64,000 bases of DNA from a virus, in IMG/VR virus record IMGVR_UViG_3300036715_003541, positions 1-64,000 of that record; one strand, 5' to 3'. The position numbers and the translations under genes are program-made. Shown here in pieces: positions 28,966-37,139 of this stretch (within the stretch, counting starts at the first letter, position 1; each line of letters opens with the position of its first letter). The notes under the pieces were generated by a model. It was not told where the DNA came from. It saw nothing but the letters and a program-made list of their open reading frames with translations, and searched no databases.

Positions 28966-29823
28966 TCAATATATTTTTTTATCCAATAAATCGCTGGCAT
29001 CATCTTCTGATACAACAATACCTGGATCATCAGCATAAGATATATCATCTGAATACATTTTTTTATCAAAAAGAGTTCCTGTTTGTTTTAAATTTTTTAG
29101 ATATTTATTCACTTTTCCAGGTAATACTGATGGTGTGCGAGCAGATTGTTCATCAAATGCTTTTGATAAAGAATCTTTTAAATCATCAAACTCAGTAAAT
29201 TCTTTGCTGGATGGTGCTTGTTCTGGTTTATTATCCACAATTTTGCTACGACCAATAAAAGCGCTTGGATGACCATGTTCCAATATCTTTGTAAGAGTAT
29301 GATTATCAATTCCAAGAGCACCGGAAATAATATCTAAAGAAAATACCTTTCCATCTTCATTTTTTATTTCCTTACCAGCTGGCATGTTTACTGCACTGAT
29401 ATATCTTTTTAAAATAGAAAATAAAGCACGTGCACTTTCATGGTACTCAGGATCCAATTTGTTTAAATTCTTCATATCTAAAACAATCCTGGAAGCGACT
29501 TTAAAATCTGTGTATACTTTGTGTGGAGTAAGACCAAGACGCTTTGTAAGCGAATCTGGACCTTCTAAAAAGCTAATGTACGCAGCTGCATGGCTAATGT
29601 CTTGAGCCCTTGTCATATCAGCAGCCATAACTTCTAATAAATAAGTCATACTTTCTGCTTCAGCGTATTTTTTTGACACTTCAAATTTATCACAATAATA
29701 AGCGACTTTTTTAAAAGTCTTCATATTTCTATCTTGCAATGATAAATTTTGTTGTGCATTCTTCTTTAGATTTACTTGCATCTCCGCAATAAACTCATTT
29801 TCATCGAATTTAAATTTAAACAT
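28966..29823 (-). CDS. Putative internal head protein
   Basis: KNAQ, KVAY and KVAS motifs; acidic C-terminus. Confidence 0.5.
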   Translation of the reverse strand: MFKFKFDENEFIAEMQVNLKKNAQQNLSLQDRNMKTFKKVAYYCDKFEVSKKYAEAESMTYLLEVMAADMTRAQDISHAAAYISFLEGPDSLTKRLGLTPHKVYTDFKVASRIVLDMKNLNKLDPEYHESARALFSILKRYISAVNMPAGKEIKNEDGKVFSLDIISGALGIDNHTLTKILEHGHPSAFIGRSKIVDNKPEQAPSSKEFTEFDDLKDSLSKAFDEQSARTPSVLPGKVNKYLKNLKQTGTLFDKKMYSDDISYADDPGIVVSEDDASDLLDKKIY

Positions 29824-29836
29824 ATGTTTTCCTAAT

Positions 29837-29878
29837 AAAAAACTCCTAGCAAAATGCTTTAAGATTGCTAGGAGTTTT
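29837..29878 (-). terminator. Intrinsic terminator
   Basis: AAAACTCCTAGCAA/TTGCTAGGAGTTTT inverted repeat. Confidence 0.75.
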
Positions 29879-29892
29879 AATTGTTTTAAAGA

Positions 29893-30672
29893 TTATTTTC
29901 TTTTTTCTTTTGATTTTTCAAGCATTTTCTTGGCTTTCGCTTCTTCTTCTTTTGCTTTTAAATCTAGTTTTTTCTTTTTGTCGCGGGCTGCCATCTCATC
30001 TTTTTTGGCTTTTTCTTTGGCAGCTTTTTCTTTTTCTTTTGCCTTTTCTTTAGCCATACGATCTTTTTCTTTTTGTTTTGCAGCTTTTTCTTTTTCTTTT
30101 AATTTAGCAGCTTTTTCTTTTTCTTTTTGATCTTTGTCATTTTTCTTTGCAGTAACAACAAACTCAGCTAATTCAAGTGCAGCTGTTGCTGTTTTAGAGA
30201 AATTCATATTATCTAAGGCTTCAGATGCAGCGATTAAATGAGCAATTGCTGTGGAAGCGCAGGCACTTAATTCATCATCTGCCATTGCATAATCAGAACC
30301 CAATCGACCTTCTTCATCACGAATATCTTTGGAGTAATCTCCACCAATATCTTCCCCTTCATCTTCATCTTCAAAATCTACTGGGGTATCGTGAGATTTA
30401 TCATAACTATGATCTTTGGCGGATTCACCAGATAAATCACAAAGTTCTTGCAATTTTTCTGTTGGTAGATCCATTAAAGAAACACGTAAAGCATCTAGTG
30501 CTTTGGATGGTGTTCCCATTTTTTTATAAGAATCCAAAATGCTTTCTACTAATTCTGCCGCACTTTTCTCACCATCTTCAAAGCTTGCTTTTTTGAATAA
30601 TGATTTAAATTCTTTGCTGTTTAAAATTGTTTGCATATCGCGAGCTACTGTGTCGCCGTATTGATTTTTCAT
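29893..30672 (-). CDS. Putative head protein with acidic middle and K/E/A-rich C-terminal helix
   Basis: KKAS and KTAT motifs; (KEKEKAAK)n repeats. Confidence 0.6.
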   Translation of the reverse strand: MKNQYGDTVARDMQTILNSKEFKSLFKKASFEDGEKSAAELVESILDSYKKMGTPSKALDALRVSLMDLPTEKLQELCDLSGESAKDHSYDKSHDTPVDFEDEDEGEDIGGDYSKDIRDEEGRLGSDYAMADDELSACASTAIAHLIAASEALDNMNFSKTATAALELAEFVVTAKKNDKDQKEKEKAAKLKEKEKAAKQKEKDRMAKEKAKEKEKAAKEKAKKDEMAARDKKKKLDLKAKEEEAKAKKMLEKSKEKRK

Positions 30673-30698
30673 GTATAAGACCTCTTTTTAAAAATATT

Positions 30699-30729
30699 AA
30701 AAAATAAGGGCTAACCGAGGTTAGCCCTC
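30699..30729 (-). terminator. Intrinsic terminator after the protease/scaffold gene
   Basis: AGGGCTAAC-CTCG-GTTAGCCCT followed by TATTTTTT. Confidence 0.85.
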
Positions 30730-30735
30730 ATAATA

Positions 30736-33700
30736 TCAGAATAATTTGCGACCAATTCTTGGGCTAGAGAAAGCTTTTTCCAATTGATCAGCGAGAGATT
30801 CAGACTCTCCAGTGCTGACAGATTCTGTAACACCAACTTGTGGCATTACACCAGCTTTTCTAACAATTGGCTTAGCTTCAACAATACGTTGCAATGTGGT
30901 GAATTGCTCATCAGCAAATGACATGAGTTCATTTACTTGGTTTGCAATGTGTGATTCGGTTGAATCACAGAATCCACGAGCAGCCATTTTATGAGCCAAG
31001 TTATAGGCACGAGCCATTTTAACTTTGTAAACTTCGAGATCTTTTTCCATAGCAGCTTTTGCATGTTCTTTTACAAGTTCACCTGCAAATTCACCACCAC
31101 CATCTGCTTGACCCCAATATTTCTTGTAATAGTCAATGGTTGTTTTATCAACACCTTGAGCTGCAAGTTCATCCAAATCTGATTCATCTAGTTGACCAGA
31201 TGAAATAAGTTGGTGAATTTTTTCAGCATCTTTTTTGACCTTTGCTTTTGACAAAGAATCCATCATTGCATCATGAGTATCTTCTAATGTTTTGAATTCT
31301 TCAAAACCATCAGATTTTGTGGTAAGTGAATCCATAGAAACACTTCCTTCTGGATGAGCTTTGTCAAGCATTGGGTTCATCTTGAGTGTTTCAGCAGCTA
31401 ATTTTTGACGAGCTGCAACGCGATCTGCACGGGTAGCAAGACTTGCTGTAACTTTGGAACCATCTGGTACAGTTACTTTACCACCTGAAGGTGTTGTGAA
31501 TTGAGTGTCTGCATCTTGTTCATCTTCATCTTCATATGATTCCTCTGAATCTTCAGAGTCATCAGCAGAGTAAGAATCATAAGCATCGGAATCATCTTCC
31601 GAAGAATCTTCACCAGAAGAATCATCTGCATCCATGATCATATCGTTGACTGCTTGCAAATCATTATCAACATCTTTAATATCTTTGCTCAAAATATCTG
31701 CCATAAAATCATCTGCTGTCATATCATCATCCATTCCTGTATCGTAGGCTTCCTCTGCGCTTTTAACAAGTTCATTACCTAGTTTGCAATATTTAAGGAA
31801 AGCAGCGATCACTTGGAAACCATCTGCGATTGCAGATTTTGCTTCACTGACTGCATAAGCAGTTGTGCTATCGATAATTTCACGATTTGCTTTTTTGGTA
31901 ATTCCTCTGCTGTACAATGCACTAAGAGAGGTAAGTTCAGTTTCTGAATCTCGTAATTCGGCGATAACTTCTTTGAAGGTTTCAGCAAGTTCACCATTTA
32001 ATTGTCTACGTAATGAATGCATTCCGCGTTGTGATGCAGCCGCTGCCATTGGAGCTACTTCACCCATTTCAGCTTTTTCATTTGTTAAATCGCGATAAGC
32101 TTCCAATGCATCTGAAATAAGTTCTTGACATTTTTCAAGAGTAGATTGAAGTTGTTCTTTTGGATCGCCATCACCACCCATGTCTGGCATTGGCATATCT
32201 GCACCCATAGAACCTGATTCTTCTTTTGCTGGAGTTGGTGCTGGGCTAACGCTAACTTCTGCGGCTGGAGCAGCTGGTACTTGAGCGATTTTAAATAATG
32301 ATTTAACTGCGCTTACGCCAGCTGTACGAACTTGGTTTACCAATTTTTGACCGAATTCACGAGTGGCAATGCTATCTCTTAGCATTTCATTTTTCTGAGT
32401 AAGTTCATCAACAGTTAAGCTAAGAACAACTTTGTCATCACTTGTGATTTGCCAGACAGATTCGCCTGCATCAGCTTTGCGATAAAATGAAGCTTTTAAT
32501 GCACCAGCGCGAGAAAGTTTTTGTTTACGCTTTAGCTCATCACGTTCACTAACAGATTCAGGGCTTGGATGCAAGCCATCAACATCACCAACACCTGGAA
32601 ATGGTTTTTGACCATGAAGATGTTTATCTAATTTGCGGGCTTTTTCATTCCCTGGATCAACTGGGTACTTGCGTTTGCCCAATGTTGGCTCATTAACATC
32701 GCCACCACCTTGGTAATAAGACTTTGCTTCCAAAGCTGTTTCGGCTACACCTAATGCAGCACGTCTGCGAAGTTCACGACTTTCAATTTCTGCACGAGCT
32801 AGCATTTTTTTACGTTCTAACTCGCTTTGTGGAACACTTTTAATGCCAGGATGTAATCCATCACGACCACCCATATCATCAACTTGCATTTGTTTGTCGC
32901 CATGATTACGAACATCTTCGTTCATTGGTTCTTTTGGATATTTGACTTCACCAGGTGTTGGTTCATTTACGCCTCCGCCACCTTGAAAATAAGCTGTTCT
33001 ATTTTGTAATTTACCTGACATTTCTTTTTCCTTTTCAAATTTATTTAACTGGTCTTGCATTGTTCTTAACTGAGCTTCTATGGAAGCAATGGATTGTAAA
33101 AGATATTGATCTTCTGACGCGTATCGTGCAGCTGGAGGCGAAATTTGGTCTACCTCTGCGATTTGTGAATCATCTGAATTTTGAATGTCTGAATCTATTT
33201 TAGATTCATCATTATGCGTAGTTTCTGATAATGCATCAATGTATTCTAATGTTTTTTGTATTTCTGCTTTTAACTCGTCCAATGTTTTGATACTATTACC
33301 ACCAAATGATTTTACGTTATTATCATCTTTTGCAACATCAATATGAAAGTTAAATGAAGAAGCTGTTTTTAAATTTCTTGCTTCAAAATATTTATCAATG
33401 TTTTGCTTCATAGCAATAACATGTTTGATTGTAGCTAAACGGTCAGCAGGTGTTACAACAATAGATAATTCAATTGGATTTAACTTTAAATTGATTTCAC
33501 CTTCAGCTGTTTTTGTACGCATGTGAGTACAAAAATCTGATTCAACAGTTGCTTGTTTTTGGCAATTCATGCAAACAGCAACGCCAACTCCAGTACCCAT
33601 AGATACATTGTTAGATACGCCTGTTGAAACTTTTCTAGCTAAATCAGGATAATTTATTTTATCCAATGCACATAATGCTATAACTCTTTTTCTATCATGA

Positions 33701-34173
33701 TCATAATAAGTATCAACAATGAAACCTCTAACATGATCTACAGATGAAGATTTGTGATCAACACATAATGGTTTACCAACCCATTTTTTATATGCTGGTA
33801 TTTTTTCACCGTCTTCTTCAGCATGAGCCAATAACTCTGACTCTGGGAATATATCACCATTTGCGTTTTTGTATGGACGAATTGTTGGATCATTGGTAAT
33901 CCAACGCCATTTTTCATCCCAAGATACCTTTACAGGTTCGCCACTTTTTGTAATTTTAGATTTACCAGTGCCATCATATGCAGATGCTTCAGCAGCATGA
34001 ATAATTGTTGCTACGAAATAAAGAAAATCTTTTGCTTTTGGCGCTATATTTTTTAAATTATGTGCGATTTTTTTAAAATCATCTATAACAACATCATCTA
34101 TAATTGGTGAGTCTGCATTAAACGCCTCAATCTTATCAATAGAAAGAGCTTCGCCTATTTTTTTAAAACCCAT
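30736..34173 (-). CDS. Prohead protease-scaffold fusion
   Basis: N-terminal NANGDIFP, PLCVDH...VRGFIVD, NVSMG (putative catalytic Ser) and ELSIVVTPAD, then long acidic/coiled-coil scaffold regions. Confidence 0.8.
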   Translation of the reverse strand: MGFKKIGEALSIDKIEAFNADSPIIDDVVIDDFKKIAHNLKNIAPKAKDFLYFVATIIHAAEASAYDGTGKSKITKSGEPVKVSWDEKWRWITNDPTIRPYKNANGDIFPESELLAHAEEDGEKIPAYKKWVGKPLCVDHKSSSVDHVRGFIVDTYYDHDRKRVIALCALDKINYPDLARKVSTGVSNNVSMGTGVGVAVCMNCQKQATVESDFCTHMRTKTAEGEINLKLNPIELSIVVTPADRLATIKHVIAMKQNIDKYFEARNLKTASSFNFHIDVAKDDNNVKSFGGNSIKTLDELKAEIQKTLEYIDALSETTHNDESKIDSDIQNSDDSQIAEVDQISPPAARYASEDQYLLQSIASIEAQLRTMQDQLNKFEKEKEMSGKLQNRTAYFQGGGGVNEPTPGEVKYPKEPMNEDVRNHGDKQMQVDDMGGRDGLHPGIKSVPQSELERKKMLARAEIESRELRRRAALGVAETALEAKSYYQGGGDVNEPTLGKRKYPVDPGNEKARKLDKHLHGQKPFPGVGDVDGLHPSPESVSERDELKRKQKLSRAGALKASFYRKADAGESVWQITSDDKVVLSLTVDELTQKNEMLRDSIATREFGQKLVNQVRTAGVSAVKSLFKIAQVPAAPAAEVSVSPAPTPAKEESGSMGADMPMPDMGGDGDPKEQLQSTLEKCQELISDALEAYRDLTNEKAEMGEVAPMAAAASQRGMHSLRRQLNGELAETFKEVIAELRDSETELTSLSALYSRGITKKANREIIDSTTAYAVSEAKSAIADGFQVIAAFLKYCKLGNELVKSAEEAYDTGMDDDMTADDFMADILSKDIKDVDNDLQAVNDMIMDADDSSGEDSSEDDSDAYDSYSADDSEDSEESYEDEDEQDADTQFTTPSGGKVTVPDGSKVTASLATRADRVAARQKLAAETLKMNPMLDKAHPEGSVSMDSLTTKSDGFEEFKTLEDTHDAMMDSLSKAKVKKDAEKIHQLISSGQLDESDLDELAAQGVDKTTIDYYKKYWGQADGGGEFAGELVKEHAKAAMEKDLEVYKVKMARAYNLAHKMAARGFCDSTESHIANQVNELMSFADEQFTTLQRIVEAKPIVRKAGVMPQVGVTESVSTGESESLADQLEKAFSSPRIGRKLF

Positions 34174-34294
34174 ATTGTTCCTCGTTAAATCAACTTTAAA
34201 TTTGTAATCTCAGATATTATATATTAAATTTACCATATCAGAAGATGAAAGGCTGAATTTCATAATATATATAGCATTTTAAATGGACTACAAT

Positions 34295-34325
34295 AAAAAA
34301 TAATACGCATATTGCGTATTATTTT
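34295..34325. terminator. Intrinsic terminator-like hairpin
   Basis: AAAATAATACGCA-TAT-TGCGTATTATTTT. Confidence 0.65.
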
Positions 34326-34328
34326 CGT

Positions 34329-34469
34329 TTAATTGCTTTTAACTTCCACTTCTTTCTTCGGAGTGGTTTTTTTTAATTTTAAAGGTTCTTTGGTTGCTTT
34401 CTTCTCTTCAACCAAATCTTCTTCTTTTATTACTGCATCAATTTTACCATCACCGTTTTTAATAAACAT
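34329..34469 (-). CDS. Small hypothetical protein (46 aa), absent from the ORF track
   Basis: MFIKNGDGKIDAVIKEEDL...EVKSN*. GAGGA RBS; starts 2 nt after the previous stop. Confidence 0.6.
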   Translation of the reverse strand: MFIKNGDGKIDAVIKEEDLVEEKKATKEPLKLKKTTPKKEVEVKSN

Positions 34470-34471
34470 AA

Positions 34472-35074
34472 TCATTCCTCATTATATAAACGTAAAAGCA
34501 ATGGAGTTCTTTTTTGAAGCTTTAAATCCAAATCTTTACTCACTTGGTTCATCCAATTTTCTGACAATATATTTTCTTGAATATATTTCTTTACACGATC
34601 TTTCATAAGATCTTGCAATTCCTCAGATTGTACCTTTATAGAATCAATAGATTTAATTGCATTTGAAATAAAATCTTTGGAATCAATGGATTCAAATAAT
34701 TTTACAAAATCATTGATTTTATCTTCTAAAATATCTATGGAAGATATAAAAGATTTTGTTATTTTTACAATTTGTGTATCAGATGAAAATGGTGTTAATG
34801 ATTTAACACATTCTAAAGATGATTTCTTTAAATGATTAAAATTCTCAACAACTTTATCTCTAAATCTACGGAAAGCAGATCTGTGATTAAAATTTTCTTT
34901 TGGATCTACATTTTGCGCATCTTTGAACGAAGTGTAAATAATATTTAAATGGTCCAATGCACCATCCAATATTTTTTGGTTTCGTTTAAAACAAGAAATA
35001 GCGTGCATTGCTTGCTTTTTTTCTTCTGTAGTTACGTCATAAGACATGTTTGTAATGTAAGCTTTTTTTATCAT
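34472..35074 (-). CDS. Hypothetical helical protein
   Basis: 200 aa; begins MIKKAY (K-x-A). Confidence 0.65.
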   Translation of the reverse strand: MIKKAYITNMSYDVTTEEKKQAMHAISCFKRNQKILDGALDHLNIIYTSFKDAQNVDPKENFNHRSAFRRFRDKVVENFNHLKKSSLECVKSLTPFSSDTQIVKITKSFISSIDILEDKINDFVKLFESIDSKDFISNAIKSIDSIKVQSEELQDLMKDRVKKYIQENILSENWMNQVSKDLDLKLQKRTPLLLRLYNEE

Positions 35075-35083
35075 ATCATCCCA

Positions 35084-35728
35084 TTAAACAGAGTTTAAAT
35101 CACGCATTTGAGTTGGACCTAATCCATATATCAAGTCGGCACCTTCAGTTTGACCGTTTTGAGGAAACTGCTCTGTTATTTCTCCAGTCATAACCTCAGA
35201 TTTACTACTTGTATTTCTTCCATCAGTTTGATCATCATAACTTCTATAAGAAGGTAAAAATGGTGCTAAAGAAGTTGTATAATTACCCTCTACAACAGAT
35301 GCCTTATCATCATCTACATTTTGTCTTGAAAGCATTAATATGTCATCCGTGAAAAATGTATCAAGATTTTTTATCGTTTTTTCCAAAACATGTTCTTCCA
35401 TATAATCTCGCTTGTTTTTCATACATTGTAAAAACTGATTATGGTATTCTTTTAAAAACAAAATAACTTGATCTTCATTGCATCTCTTGCGAAGTAAACG
35501 CATAATCCCACTCAATGTGGTTGAATCTGCATCTTCTAAATTTATTGTTTCAGCGGTTTTATTTTCAAAGTGAATTCGCTTAAAATTCTTCTCAGCTTCA
35601 TTGTAACTATTATATTCACCCATTTTTTTTCCACCCTCGGAAAAAACAATGTACTTACCTTTTGCCTTTTTAATAAAAGCAACCTTAGCAAGCTCTTGAA
35701 TAAGATAATTTATTTTTGTGAAATTCAT
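35084..35728 (-). CDS. Putative head-associated protein
   Basis: KVAF, then IKKAKGKYIVFSEGGKKMGEY...EAEK, a small motif seen in phage head proteins. Confidence 0.5.
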   Translation of the reverse strand: MNFTKINYLIQELAKVAFIKKAKGKYIVFSEGGKKMGEYNSYNEAEKNFKRIHFENKTAETINLEDADSTTLSGIMRLLRKRCNEDQVILFLKEYHNQFLQCMKNKRDYMEEHVLEKTIKNLDTFFTDDILMLSRQNVDDDKASVVEGNYTTSLAPFLPSYRSYDDQTDGRNTSSKSEVMTGEITEQFPQNGQTEGADLIYGLGPTQMRDLNSV

Positions 35729-36114
35729 TTGTTGTTTTTAAAATAATTAGCTATATCATTAACTTTTTTGCTGGAAACCATTGTATCTTGCAAATTACCA
35801 TTATTATCCGCTATATTTACAGCTTTGATCGCTTTCTCATGAATAATAACAATATTTCCAGATTTTATATTTTTTGTTTTTTGATCTACAGAAATAGAAT
35901 CTAATATAATACACTCACCATATGCGCCAATAAATTTACCAACAAATACAGCTGAATAATTAAATGAATTTTGATCTAAATGAACTTCCTCGAAAGCATC
36001 ACCTGTATAAATTTCAACAATTTCATCTTCTAAAAAAGAAAACAAAAATTCACAAAATGAATTTGAACTTTTCTTAGATTCATTTATCTTATTTGTGATA
36101 AATTCTTTTTTCAT
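35725..36114 (-). CDS. Hypothetical protein, possible small beta-barrel
   Basis: VEIYTG...FVGKFIG...CIIL; overlaps both neighbours. Confidence 0.6.
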   Translation of the reverse strand: MKKEFITNKINESKKSSNSFCEFLFSFLEDEIVEIYTGDAFEEVHLDQNSFNYSAVFVGKFIGAYGECIILDSISVDQKTKNIKSGNIVIIHEKAIKAVNIADNNGNLQDTMVSSKKVNDIANYFKNNK

Positions 36115-37139
36115 AAAGAACCTAGTACCTTTAATGCAAATAATCTACCCATTGAATCAATGGAATGCTCTGTTAACTCAGAGGCATAAGGACTTCCAGT
36201 AGATATTTTAAAACTAACAGAAGTAAATCCTGATTTTTTCAATGTTTTATTGAAATGTTTTTCAATTGTTTCTAACAATAAAGCAACAGCTTGCTTTTGT
36301 GTTGGCTTTAATGCTTTATTAAAAGAAAGTTCTGTGCAATGCAATCTATCTGAGTGTATAGAAGATGCTAAATTAAATTCTTCATACAATGCAAGTGATG
36401 CTATTTTTGAAAATTCAACCGCGCAATGAGAATCATTATGATTTATGATGATTTTAGTTGCTGATTTTGGAAAATCTGTAAGTATTTGATTCATTAGTGC
36501 CCCAATTTCTTTTGATGCGTCTTTATTATCTGATTTTATTGATTCATTATCCGATACATTTGAATTTGTAGCCATATAATAAGCTTTTAATGCATCTTGA
36601 TACAACTTTGATTTTTTTTTATGATCAAGTATTCTTTCCAAATCACCAAAAGTAATTTTACCATCCTTATCCTCGTCTAAACCAGGATTTTGTTGATAAA
36701 CCAATCTTTCATATTTAGCGCTTTGACCAGGTATATGAGAGGTCACCGCATTCTTATCTACCAATATAGCATTTGAATCTCCAGCTTGAATATCTTTTCT
36801 AGATAATAATGATGGTAAAAAGTTTGAACAATAATATTGAGCAGCACTCGAAAACGGTTTACCACCATTCATCTTTTTTTGACCCTCTAATATTTTTTCA
36901 ACATAATTTAATTGCTCGAAATCTTGCAACTTAGCAAATTCTTTATGAGAGCCAGTAAAACCAGCTGCAGATAATGTTTGTGTTGTAGCGGCAATTAAAC
37001 CTGACGCAATATGATTTCCAGCAGCTGGATTTAAACCAGATTCACTACTCATAATTAAAAGAACATCCTCAGGCTTCATAGAAACCTTTTCGCATATCTC
37101 TTTTAATTTGATGAAAAATTTATTCGATAATTTAGACAT
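36111..37139 (-). CDS. Lytic transglycosylase (SLT/lysozyme-like), probably virion-associated
   Basis: IMSSESGLNPAA...ASGLI (catalytic Glu), EQLNYV and NPGLDEDKDGKIT. Confidence 0.8.
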   Translation of the reverse strand: MSKLSNKFFIKLKEICEKVSMKPEDVLLIMSSESGLNPAAGNHIASGLIAATTQTLSAAGFTGSHKEFAKLQDFEQLNYVEKILEGQKKMNGGKPFSSAAQYYCSNFLPSLLSRKDIQAGDSNAILVDKNAVTSHIPGQSAKYERLVYQQNPGLDEDKDGKITFGDLERILDHKKKSKLYQDALKAYYMATNSNVSDNESIKSDNKDASKEIGALMNQILTDFPKSATKIIINHNDSHCAVEFSKIASLALYEEFNLASSIHSDRLHCTELSFNKALKPTQKQAVALLLETIEKHFNKTLKKSGFTSVSFKISTGSPYASELTEHSIDSMGRLFALKVLGSL

